64,000 nt of DNA. Source: an uncultured Clostridia bacterium (GTDB taxonomy: Bacteria; Bacillota; Clostridia; TANB77; CAG-465). The notes under the pieces were generated by a model. The model saw only the letters and a program-made list of their open reading frames with translations. It was not told where the DNA came from and searched no databases. Location of the stretch: the NCBI GenBank assembly GCA_934162655.1, contig CAKPJL010000003.1, forward strand, positions 1,714-65,713, written 5' to 3'. Every line of letters starts with the position of its first letter. Position 1 is the first letter of the stretch. The position numbers and the translations under genes were made by a program. Positions 52,654 through 61,568 of the stretch are shown piece by piece.

Positions 52654-54705
52654 TTATAGTGACATAGCACTAAAATATGAAATCATTTGCATTACACTTA
52701 CTATTAGAAGTGGAGCTACAAGATATCCACCAATCAATAATATTAATGGCATAAAGCCTAAAACTTTACCATATGTAACCTTTTTTTGAATAAGTCTTTG
52801 ATTTCCTTCTTTTCTTCTTTCATAGTAAAATCCTCTCTCTGTTTCTAGTTCATCAAACGCATCACGAACTGGAATACGCTCAACTGCTGATTGAAGTTGT
52901 TCTACTATTCTTTGGAAATCTTTATATGGTACAGATTCTTTTAATTCTTCTAGTGCTTCATATGCTCCAGCCTCATAATTATTTAGAGCTGTTGCAATAG
53001 GTTCTTTAAATGCATATGAAAATCTACATAACCATTCAAGTATTGTTTGAACATCAATTCTATCAATATACATAAGCATAAGTATTATTGACTGGAATTG
53101 CATAATTTCATTTTCTTTTTCCATCTCTCTAATCTTATTTCTTATAACAAGAACAATAGATGGAATATAATATGCTATTACGCCAATTACTATTGAAATT
53201 AATACTTGCCAATATTTAACGTAAGAATTTTTAACCTTTTGTATTTTATTATACACTCTATCTACTTCATCTTGATCAACTTGTCCAGTTGCAGAGTCAG
53301 TAAATCTAAGCTCCAAATCTTCACGTGTTACATTTTTATTTTTATATTCATCGATATATGTTTTATCTCTTTCATTTAAAGCTTTAGCAGCCCTTTCTTG
53401 TTCTGCTGACAGCTTACCAAACGATAAGAATTCATCGCTTATTGCTGTATAGACAGAATTAAAATCAATGTATTGTATATTAAACATAAGTATCATAGAA
53501 AGTACAAAACCAAGGAACGCTGCCACAAGCTTATTTACATATAACCATTCAATTGTAAGATATGCATTTGTATTTTTAATAAGTTCTGTATCTTTTCTAT
53601 ATTTTCTTGTATGCTCTTTTGGTTTAAATGCATCTACTAGCATCTTACCAAATTGAGTTCTATAAACTTTATCTTGCCATCTCACACTTGATACTCTATC
53701 AAATTTTATTTCTTCCGAATCTTCTTTAATTATACGAAGCATTAAATAAGAAACAAATATTGATATAATTATTAAGGATTGCATTACAAATCCTATACTA
53801 CTATTGTAAAAATTAGCAAGAGACGGGAAATTTGACTCTGCCCATGATTGCAATGGCTTAATTGCTACAAGTGGCACAACTGCTATTATTGTCAAACTTC
53901 TAAACATGTAATTTATCTTATCACGCTTTAATATTTCAAGATATATATCACTTAAAATATTATTTAAGTTTCTAAGGTATACGGATGTACCATCAACTTT
54001 TCTATCCCCTAGTTCTAGTGTTAAGTATGATACACCTGCAAATAATTTTAGAAATCTATTTGGGGCTGTATCATAATATTTTTCAAGTTCAGCCTCTGGA
54101 TTTTCAGACATCATTGCTTCTTTTATTCTTTTTAATTGAGGAACAATTTCTTTTTCGCCTAAATCATCCATTGCCGCATCAAAAGCTTCTTCAATCATAC
54201 CATGTTCATGGAATGCATGTCTTATGGAAGTGAATGCTTCTGGTAGCTGTCTTAATATCTTTAAAGATACTGAATTTATATTTAAATCTATAATTTTTTC
54301 TGCTACAACCAAAATACCAACTAAACATATAAGTGACATATATAGATCATTAACTAAGTTAACAAGTGTAAATGAAGCTACAAATATGAAAAATAGCATA
54401 ATCATCATAAGTTTTCCTGTATTTTTTCTTATTTCATATTCTGTATAATCATTTGCCATTTCCATTTTTAGTCTAGTTTTTTTAGTATAGTATTTTATTA
54501 TTGGCATTTTAACAAATACCAAATAAGCCGATTGATAAATTCTATCTAGAGTATCTTTTGATAGTTTTTTATCTTTTACTTTTAATTGATCCTTCTCATA
54601 TAGTGTTTTATTTTTAGAATAGTTTTTCTTAGTTCTAAAATAAAATATAAGTGTTGCTGAAAGGATCAAAGCAGCAAATACTACTAATATTATTATAAAT
54701 ACCAT
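52654..54705 (-). CDS. Fused TadB-TadC-like platform protein (two T2SS-F-type modules)
   Basis: 683 aa polytopic protein with two cytoplasmic helical modules. These are LRQLPEAFTSIRHAFHEHGMIEEAFDAAMDDLGEKEIVPQLKRI.. and MQFQSIILMLMYIDRIDVQTILEWLCRFSYAFKEPIATALNNYEAGAYEALEELK.. Each is followed by TM helices. Position directly after the ATPase gene. Confidence 0.6.
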   Translation of the reverse strand: MVFIIILVVFAALILSATLIFYFRTKKNYSKNKTLYEKDQLKVKDKKLSKDTLDRIYQSAYLVFVKMPIIKYYTKKTRLKMEMANDYTEYEIRKNTGKLMMIMLFFIFVASFTLVNLVNDLYMSLICLVGILVVAEKIIDLNINSVSLKILRQLPEAFTSIRHAFHEHGMIEEAFDAAMDDLGEKEIVPQLKRIKEAMMSENPEAELEKYYDTAPNRFLKLFAGVSYLTLELGDRKVDGTSVYLRNLNNILSDIYLEILKRDKINYMFRSLTIIAVVPLVAIKPLQSWAESNFPSLANFYNSSIGFVMQSLIIISIFVSYLMLRIIKEDSEEIKFDRVSSVRWQDKVYRTQFGKMLVDAFKPKEHTRKYRKDTELIKNTNAYLTIEWLYVNKLVAAFLGFVLSMILMFNIQYIDFNSVYTAISDEFLSFGKLSAEQERAAKALNERDKTYIDEYKNKNVTREDLELRFTDSATGQVDQDEVDRVYNKIQKVKNSYVKYWQVLISIVIGVIAYYIPSIVLVIRNKIREMEKENEIMQFQSIILMLMYIDRIDVQTILEWLCRFSYAFKEPIATALNNYEAGAYEALEELKESVPYKDFQRIVEQLQSAVERIPVRDAFDELETERGFYYERRKEGNQRLIQKKVTYGKVLGFMPLILLIGGYLVAPLLIVSVMQMISYFSAMSL

Positions 54706-54714
54706 AAAACACTA

Positions 54715-56607
54715 TCACCCCCAAGCTGTATCAACAAAGTTATCAAATGCTCTCATGTCTTCTGGTGACATATTCTCACGCATTGCTTTAATATTTGCCT
54801 CAGATATTGGATGTGTGAATACATATTCACCATCACGCCATTCAATTATGTTATGATAAGTATAATTGTTATTTTGTGTCATATGTTTAAAGTATTCAAC
54901 AGAATTGTCCATAAATTTATCTAACTTTTGCTCTATTGTTTTTTGTTCTCTATAATCATTGTTATATTCAAATTTCTGTTCTATTGGAACACATTCAGTT
55001 ATTCTTTCAATGTAACGGGTACCATCAACACCTCTTTTTAGATGTATATCGAAGTTTATAACTTGTACAACCTGTACTTCTGCAACATTTTCAGAATTAA
55101 ACATTCCAATTTTTAATAGTGAGTTTCTAAGTGCAGTTATAAGGTTAGGGAAAGTTTTAGCATGGTGTGTAAAAAGTGTGAATTTAGACGCAACCTGTGC
55201 CATCTGAATCATCCAAGCAGCAACCGGATCAGTTGCAACCTCTCCTAGGATATTTACACCACCATCTGTCTTTTTTTGTACATCTAGACCCATTTGTCCA
55301 GTTATTGTTTCAGTTTCACGAAGTGATAGTATATTGTGATTTGGATATATTTTTCTTAAATGTAATTCAAATGCTGTTTCTTGCACACGAATTGTAATTG
55401 TTGGATATAAGTATTTCATTATAGCCATAAGAAGTGTTGTCTTACCACATCCCTGTTCACCAGTAATTGCTGTAACACGAGCACCAGTTATTAAATATTT
55501 TAATAATTCTATTACTTTTTCTTTTCCTTTATGTACTAATAATTGTTCGGCAGATATTAATGTTGGTGGAGCAAACTTTCTTACAAAGAATGCCCAAGAT
55601 TCTGCAAAGTTTGGTCTTAATACAACTACACGCGAACCATCTTTCATCTCATTGATTTTAAAACCAACAGACTCAGAAAGTTGTCCTGGATTATTATATT
55701 TATAAATATTTTGACAGACTCTTTTAAGCTCTGCTTCGCTACCAAATGATAAGAAAGATAAGTATGTAGCTTTACCCTTGTAAAATATCCATACAGAGTC
55801 GTATGACATAGGCATCTTTTTACCATTCATCTGTTCTAAATAATCTTCCATTCCTGTTACTTGATCCAAGAATGAAGGAGGAATACCAGATACACCACCA
55901 GATACTCCATCAATATTCATATCACGAATATCATCTACAACACTATAACCTTTATACCCTTGATATACACGTTGAACAATAATTTCTAGTTTATCATCAA
56001 ATGTTAACATATCAGGTGATATTTCTTTATCAAATATATCATTAATTTCCTCTGCTGTTATTACATAAGAAGAAACCTCCGGATCAAATTCATATTTTGG
56101 AACATCAAGATTATATTTAGTTATAAGTTGTGTAAGTGCTTCAGCCTTATATTCTTTTTTGTAAAAATGAAGTAATATTTCAAACTTATCTTGTGGGGTT
56201 AGTGCCTCTGTATCATCAAAAGGTATTGCATAATTTGCATTAATCCCATTTACTCCATAATTATTTTTAAGTAAGTCAAACATCAAAGTTTTAACATACT
56301 TTTTATCGCTCTTATCTGCATAACCAGCACCTTTTAATGCTTTTTTTAATGCATATTTTACATTTCTTCTTCTTTCAAATTCTTCTTCTGAAAGTGCTAA
56401 ATCGTACAAATTCATACGAGTAATTTCATCAAATTGTTTCTTTATAAATTCTTGCATTTTTTGTATGCTATACTTATCTCTTTCACGAGCCACAATCACA
56501 TTATCTGTTTCTTTTACTGTTGAGCCTTTAATTCTATAAAAGAAGTATCCAACAACAAAAGCAAGTAAAACAACAATAAGCACAATGTTAAGAACAAATG
56601 CAACCAT
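54715..56607 (-). CDS. CpaF/TadA-like secretion ATPase with N-terminal transmembrane anchor
   Basis: 630 aa. MVAFVLNIVLIVVLLAFVVGYFFY TM helix. DIRDMNIDGVSG, KDGSRVVVLRPNFAESWAFFVRKF, Walker A ITGEQGCGKTTLLMAI, IRVQETAFEL, ILGEVATDPVA, THHAKT. Confidence 0.75.
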   Translation of the reverse strand: MVAFVLNIVLIVVLLAFVVGYFFYRIKGSTVKETDNVIVARERDKYSIQKMQEFIKKQFDEITRMNLYDLALSEEEFERRRNVKYALKKALKGAGYADKSDKKYVKTLMFDLLKNNYGVNGINANYAIPFDDTEALTPQDKFEILLHFYKKEYKAEALTQLITKYNLDVPKYEFDPEVSSYVITAEEINDIFDKEISPDMLTFDDKLEIIVQRVYQGYKGYSVVDDIRDMNIDGVSGGVSGIPPSFLDQVTGMEDYLEQMNGKKMPMSYDSVWIFYKGKATYLSFLSFGSEAELKRVCQNIYKYNNPGQLSESVGFKINEMKDGSRVVVLRPNFAESWAFFVRKFAPPTLISAEQLLVHKGKEKVIELLKYLITGARVTAITGEQGCGKTTLLMAIMKYLYPTITIRVQETAFELHLRKIYPNHNILSLRETETITGQMGLDVQKKTDGGVNILGEVATDPVAAWMIQMAQVASKFTLFTHHAKTFPNLITALRNSLLKIGMFNSENVAEVQVVQVINFDIHLKRGVDGTRYIERITECVPIEQKFEYNNDYREQKTIEQKLDKFMDNSVEYFKHMTQNNNYTYHNIIEWRDGEYVFTHPISEANIKAMRENMSPEDMRAFDNFVDTAWG

Positions 56608-56633
56608 TTTTTCACCCTCTTTTTTTTAAAATT

Positions 56634-57446
56634 CTAACTTTCTTTAATCTTAGTAATATCTAGTATCCTTTGCACAATTTCACTTGTAGCAACTATAAGT
56701 TTTCCATTGTAATCATTTTTATCAGCATTTAAGTTCTTATAGAAGAAGTCTATAATATCTCCGTCATTGCATGCATCTGAAAAAATTGCATTATGTGGAA
56801 TAGTATATATTGGCTCTTTTATCTTAAATCTTGATGCAATATTAAATGCAGTGTATTTAGATTTATCATCATAGTCTCCAAGTACATAAATTTTTTGTTT
56901 ATCTTTTAGTGTTTCATCACTGTCTATTTTCTTAAAGAAATCTGTTAGTTTTACTATATCTTGATTTAAAACACAAACTACAACATCTGAGTCGGCTAAA
57001 ACATTATCAATGTCATCTTTTTTACCTTTTGGCAAATCGAGTAAAACCAAATCATATAACTCATCTGCTTTTCTAATTAAATATGTTAAACTCTGCATTA
57101 TTTGATTATACATTTCTATATCATTTGAATTAATTCCATAAAGTATATCAAGTCTATTTTTTAATACAGGTTTTGCATAGTTTTGTATAAAATCAGGTGT
57201 TAACTTATTTGAAGTTATAAGTCTTGAAAGTGCTGATATTCCTATATTAGAGCTTTCAAAAGTTCCACTTGTAACAAGTTCATCATAAGGTGTATATGCA
57301 GATTCCACTTTTCTTGAATTAAAGTTTGTTTGAAGTAAAATGCTTGTTACTTTATGTGTTATTCCCATAAGAGTGGATACGGCTAAAATGGCGTGTGTAT
57401 TTCCTGCCATTGCTTTATCCATACTCCAAAATGTTACTTTTGCCAT
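56634..57446 (-). CDS. ParA/MinD-fold TadZ-like protein lacking a P-loop (copy 2)
   Basis: 270 aa. The Walker A position reads FWSMDKAMAGNTHAILAVSTL. Walker B-like YDLVLLDLPKG is retained. Confidence 0.45.
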   Translation of the reverse strand: MAKVTFWSMDKAMAGNTHAILAVSTLMGITHKVTSILLQTNFNSRKVESAYTPYDELVTSGTFESSNIGISALSRLITSNKLTPDFIQNYAKPVLKNRLDILYGINSNDIEMYNQIMQSLTYLIRKADELYDLVLLDLPKGKKDDIDNVLADSDVVVCVLNQDIVKLTDFFKKIDSDETLKDKQKIYVLGDYDDKSKYTAFNIASRFKIKEPIYTIPHNAIFSDACNDGDIIDFFYKNLNADKNDYNGKLIVATSEIVQRILDITKIKES

Positions 57447-57447
57447 C

Positions 57448-58161
57448 TTAGTCCCTCCTTCTTTTTATTTCGTTTATTACTTGTTTTGCCTTTACATCTT
57501 CTAATATTTCTGCAACCATATCAGCAATTGCTGATATAAAGTACTTAGTATGTTTTTTTACATCTATTATTCCGCTTAATTGAGAATCCATATTTACCAT
57601 TTTATCTTGATCATCATTTGGAATTTCATATTCATTTTCATTCCATTCAATTCCATATGCTGTAAGGCTATCAACAAAGTATTTTTCAGATGCACGTGAC
57701 ATATAATTTTTATAAATGACTCTTGTCATTTTTATTTTTTCTTCACTTGCATTATTAAATATTTTAAATCCATTTGCAATCTCTTTATTTTTTTGAACTG
57801 ATAACACTGTTGATTCTATAAAGAAATATAGTTTATCAAATCCTCTGGCCCTAAAGAATTCGTATGCTTTTGGACTGTCGATATCAATTATTGCAAAATC
57901 ATATAGTCCCATATTAATTCCACGTTCATTCATATAATTATCTATTTCATGGATACTTCCAAATCCTACTGCAAAGTCTATGCCGTTATATTGTGTAACA
58001 TATGACTTTTCAATGCTCATTGATGGTATTACATATTTTAACTTTCTATCAAGCGTTGCATCTATTACTAAAACGGATTTACCCATTATATTTAATGTCT
58101 TTGCTAAATTTATTGCAAAATCATATTTTTCGGTATATCCCATTAACCCTATTACTTTCAT
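57448..58161 (-). CDS. ParA/MinD-fold TadZ-like protein lacking a P-loop (copy 1)
   Basis: 237 aa. The Walker A position reads IGLMGYTEKYDFAINLAKTL. SVLVIDATLD and YDFAIIDIDSP are retained. Confidence 0.45.
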   Translation of the reverse strand: MKVIGLMGYTEKYDFAINLAKTLNIMGKSVLVIDATLDRKLKYVIPSMSIEKSYVTQYNGIDFAVGFGSIHEIDNYMNERGINMGLYDFAIIDIDSPKAYEFFRARGFDKLYFFIESTVLSVQKNKEIANGFKIFNNASEEKIKMTRVIYKNYMSRASEKYFVDSLTAYGIEWNENEYEIPNDDQDKMVNMDSQLSGIIDVKKHTKYFISAIADMVAEILEDVKAKQVINEIKRRRD

Positions 58162-58193
58162 TTTTTCCTCCTAATAACTTAAATACTATTTTG

Positions 58194-59291
58194 TTACTCA
58201 CCTAGTAAGCTATTTCTTTCTTCCTTTTGTGTTTGTATTGAATTTGTAACACCTTCGATTACATTTTCATATGCATCGCCTTGTGTTGATTTATATGAAG
58301 AAATTCCACTTTCAATATTTCTTCTAACTTCTGAGCTTAATTTATTTTTAGCATCTTGTAGCACATTTGCATTTGATTTCATCATTGTTATAATTTGTTC
58401 ATTTGGTTGGTAATTTTCAGTTGTTCTAGATAATGTAGCAGCATAATTCTTATATTTTACTATTAAATCAAATATAGAGTTAACTGTTGCATTATTTGCA
58501 GTAATAGTTGTTGATGCAGTTGTATCTGATGTAGTAGTTTGTTCACCACCAACAGTAGTTTCAGTTGGTGTTGTTGTATTTGCACTTTCTAAATTAAACG
58601 CTTTTGCAATAGCATCAAGCATATATCCTCTTAAAGTATCATTTGTTTCATCAGCTATTTTAACTTGTGCTTCTGGATCTGTGTATTTAGTAGCATAAAG
58701 TTTAGTACCATCATTTAGGTATGAATCAACGATAGCACCATTTAGAATCAATCTTTCATCTTCTGTTAAAGTAAGCCAAAAAGTAGAGCCAGATATTGTT
58801 CCAATTTGTTTTTGTGCAAGCACTATGTAATCTGTACCATTAGGATACATGATACGCACATCAACATAGTCACCTGTTACTAAATCACTTGGCATTAAAA
58901 CAGTATTTATTTCTTGTGACCTTACATCAGCTGAAACTATTTCACTAGTTACCATTGATTTAGTTATAGGAATAGTTGCTGGTATATTGAATTTAGCAAC
59001 ATTTCCAACAATCTCGCTTGTAGAAAGTGCACCAGTAGGTACAGTTCTTTTATGAATATTGACTGTTGTAACCATATCAGAAGTTATTACTTCTCCTTGT
59101 ATAACATCTCTATTTAAAACAGCTACATCTTGAGTATATAGCCTATTATATTTTTTATTTGTTCCAGCTTCATAGCTCTTTATTGTTGAAAGTGACCACC
59201 ATAGAGTAACACCTACTGCTACAAGGCCCACTCCAAAACCAATTCCCATACCTGTGAATAATTTTTTCTTGATTTGATTCATTCCTATCAT
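58194..59291 (-). CDS. CpaB/RcpC-like pilus assembly protein (SAF domain) with Thr/Ser-rich C-terminal extension
   Basis: 365 aa. N-terminal TM, SAF-like DVAVLNRDVIQGEVITSDMV...EIVGNVAKFNIPATIPITKSMV, then GDYVDVRIMYPNGTDYIVLAQKQI. The linker is NTTTPTETTVGGEQTTTSDTTASTT. Confidence 0.7.
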   Translation of the reverse strand: MIGMNQIKKKLFTGMGIGFGVGLVAVGVTLWWSLSTIKSYEAGTNKKYNRLYTQDVAVLNRDVIQGEVITSDMVTTVNIHKRTVPTGALSTSEIVGNVAKFNIPATIPITKSMVTSEIVSADVRSQEINTVLMPSDLVTGDYVDVRIMYPNGTDYIVLAQKQIGTISGSTFWLTLTEDERLILNGAIVDSYLNDGTKLYATKYTDPEAQVKIADETNDTLRGYMLDAIAKAFNLESANTTTPTETTVGGEQTTTSDTTASTTITANNATVNSIFDLIVKYKNYAATLSRTTENYQPNEQIITMMKSNANVLQDAKNKLSSEVRRNIESGISSYKSTQGDAYENVIEGVTNSIQTQKEERNSLLGE

Positions 59292-59307
59292 AATTTAACC
59301 TCCATGA

Positions 59308-59325
59308 GCATTAAGTAATTAATGC
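59308..59325 (-). promoter_or_regulatory. Palindrome in the 5' leader of the Tad-like operon
   Basis: GCATTAA TTAC TTAATGC (7-bp arms), immediately upstream of the GGAGG RBS of the CpaB-like gene. Confidence 0.3.
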
Positions 59326-59340
59326 CTTTTAACTTCAAAA

Positions 59341-59369
59341 AGTATATATTATTTTTAATCTTTTTTCAA
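59341..59369 (-). promoter_or_regulatory. Sigma-A type promoter of the Tad-like operon
   Basis: TTGAAA, 17 nt, TATACT on the minus strand, about 45 nt upstream of the first start codon and just downstream of the corA terminator. Confidence 0.5.
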
Positions 59370-59410
59370 TATTATTTATTTTAGTTTTTTTGTACATATT
59401 CAAATGTTAT

Positions 59411-59454
59411 AAATAAGAAATACCATTGTAACATTTTTGTAACAATGGTATTTC
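59411..59454 (-). terminator. corA terminator
   Basis: 17-position stem GAAATACCATTGTAACA / TGTAACAATGGTATTTC (13 perfect bp, one mismatch, 3 bp), followed by TTATTT on the minus strand. Confidence 0.7.
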
Positions 59455-59475
59455 GATTCCAAATATTTATATATT

Positions 59476-60420
59476 TTATAACAAATTTCTTTTTCTTAGA
59501 ATCAACGCACATATAAGTGTAGCCAAGCACGAAACAATAATAACACCGTAAAATCCTAAAAGATTTGTTGGAAAAGGAAAATCTACATTCATTCCTAGAA
59601 AACTTGCTATCATAGTAGGAATTGCAATTATTATAGTTACAGATGTTAAAATTTTCATAACATTATTTAAATTATTAGATACCATTGTACCAAATATTTC
59701 TATTATTCCATTAAGTATCTCACTATATGTTCCAATCATTTCCATTGCCTGTCTATTTTCGATAATAGTATCTTCTAGTATTTCTTCATCCTCTTCATAT
59801 AGCTTAATTGCTTTTCCTCTATTAAGCCTTTCAAGTACCACTTGATTTGCTTTTGCAGAAGCATTAAAATATATCATAGTTTTTTGGAAATTTAGTAGTT
59901 TTAATAACTCTATATTGCTCATTGTCCTTTGCATTTTAGTTTCAAAAGTTTCCAAATCTTTATTTATGTATGTCAAATATTTAATATAATCTTGTGCTAT
60001 TTTAAATAAAATTTGAAAGACCATTTTTGACTTCTTATGTGTTTCTATATCATTTATCATATTAGGTTTTAATAATTCTTCTACCGCCCCTATTTTATAC
60101 TGAGATATTGTAACAAATATGTCATCTCTTACAAGTATCATACCTATTGGCATTGTAGTATAAATCTTAGATTTTTTATTCATTTCACATACTGGAGAAT
60201 CTACTACAATTAATACATTTTCATCTGATGTATCAATATGTGCTTTTTCTGCTATATCTAGTGGATATCTAAGTAATTGTTCATCAATTCCTATCATTTC
60301 TGATACCCACTTTATTTCTTTTTCAGTTGGATGGGTAATATTAACCCAGCATCCTTTTTGGGGCTTACCTATTTTTTCAACCTTTTTATTATTTATTTGA
60401 GTTGCATAAATATCTACCAT
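59476..60420 (-). CDS. corA: CorA family magnesium/cobalt transporter
   Basis: 314 aa. Cytoplasmic N-domain and two C-terminal TM helices with the signature FLGMNVDFP (GMN). Confidence 0.9.
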   Translation of the reverse strand: MVDIYATQINNKKVEKIGKPQKGCWVNITHPTEKEIKWVSEMIGIDEQLLRYPLDIAEKAHIDTSDENVLIVVDSPVCEMNKKSKIYTTMPIGMILVRDDIFVTISQYKIGAVEELLKPNMINDIETHKKSKMVFQILFKIAQDYIKYLTYINKDLETFETKMQRTMSNIELLKLLNFQKTMIYFNASAKANQVVLERLNRGKAIKLYEEDEEILEDTIIENRQAMEMIGTYSEILNGIIEIFGTMVSNNLNNVMKILTSVTIIIAIPTMIASFLGMNVDFPFPTNLLGFYGVIIVSCLATLICALILRKRNLL

Positions 60421-60435
60421 AAATTCCTCCTACAT

Positions 60436-60469
60436 TTAAAAAATGATATGACATTTACTGCATATCATT
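60436..60469 (-). terminator. Terminator-like hairpin between 60465..61553 and corA
   Basis: AATGATATG / CATATCATT 9-bp stem overlapping the TGA stop, followed by TTTTTT. It sits only about 15 nt before the corA RBS. Confidence 0.55.
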
Positions 60470-61553
60470 TCTTATTATTTTTCTTATTCTTTTTTTCTTC
60501 ATCTTTTAAAATATACCTATATAAAGTATCGTTATGTATTAAAGTAAACCAACCCTCAGATTTTTTTGGTATTTCATGAAATAAAATTGGTGCTCTAAGT
60601 TCTGCTTCCAAATCAAGCATTGCATCAAAGTTTTTTACATCTATTACCGTGGTTATCTTTGTATTTACAGGTTTTACAATTTCTACAACAACATCTCCGT
60701 ATTTTTTTAATATTTTAGACACTGTTGTTCTGTATTCATCTTTTTTTTCAAAATTAAATATTTTATTAAAATACATAAAAAATATGATAATATCTAGTAA
60801 TAAAGCACTAATACCTAAAACTATAAAAGTATAATTTACTGTTACATAAGTATCTTTTAAAATAGTATCAGAAGATACCTTATCATACTTTTCTTCTATT
60901 TCAAATGCTCGTTCATTTAATGGAATTATTATTGATACCTCTGATTCATCAACTATTTTTTCATCTCCGTCTATATTGCATAATGTTTGAACATGAAGCT
61001 TAACATTTAGCTTAGCACTAATAGAGAGTTTTAATTTTTTCTTGAATTCTTCAACTTCATTATTATAATAGTTGTAATCAATCACTACACTAGGGTTAAT
61101 ATTTATGTTTGAAACATTTTGTTCATCTACTTTTGTTTCTTTAACAAGTGTATATTCTTTACTCCATATATTGTTTTTATTTTGGCTAGATGATGTTTGG
61201 TAGGTACCATCAATATTTGCTATAATACTATACTTATAACTATAATTAGCTTTTTTTGAAGAACTAAGGCTGTATTTAAAATTCACCTCTATATCTTTTG
61301 TAAGTTCAGAAATATATGTGTTTCCTTTATCCAAAACTTTTTTGTCTATAAAATTATTGTCATATAAATTAACCTTATACTCTACATTTCTTGTGATATT
61401 ATATGAATACAATATTGAATCATTAATATTTCTATTTTTAGCTAAAATACCTATCATAAAAAACATTATAGAGAGTATCACTAAAAAGGCAGTAACTGTT
61501 ACAAAAATTATTTTTTCTTTTCTTTTATTTTCCCCTTTAACTTGTTTTTCCAT
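60465..61553 (-). CDS. Hypothetical two-TM protein (architecture reminiscent of DUF5305 proteins that accompany SipW-type peptidases; from memory)
   Basis: 362 aa. N-terminal TM, ~220-aa extracytoplasmic beta-rich part, second TM, cytoplasmic tail ..YGDVVVEIVKPV...DAMLDLEAELRAPILFHE. Confidence 0.4.
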   Translation of the reverse strand: MEKQVKGENKRKEKIIFVTVTAFLVILSIMFFMIGILAKNRNINDSILYSYNITRNVEYKVNLYDNNFIDKKVLDKGNTYISELTKDIEVNFKYSLSSSKKANYSYKYSIIANIDGTYQTSSSQNKNNIWSKEYTLVKETKVDEQNVSNININPSVVIDYNYYNNEVEEFKKKLKLSISAKLNVKLHVQTLCNIDGDEKIVDESEVSIIIPLNERAFEIEEKYDKVSSDTILKDTYVTVNYTFIVLGISALLLDIIIFFMYFNKIFNFEKKDEYRTTVSKILKKYGDVVVEIVKPVNTKITTVIDVKNFDAMLDLEAELRAPILFHEIPKKSEGWFTLIHNDTLYRYILKDEEKKNKKNNKK

Positions 61554-61568
61554 ATAATATCACCTCAC

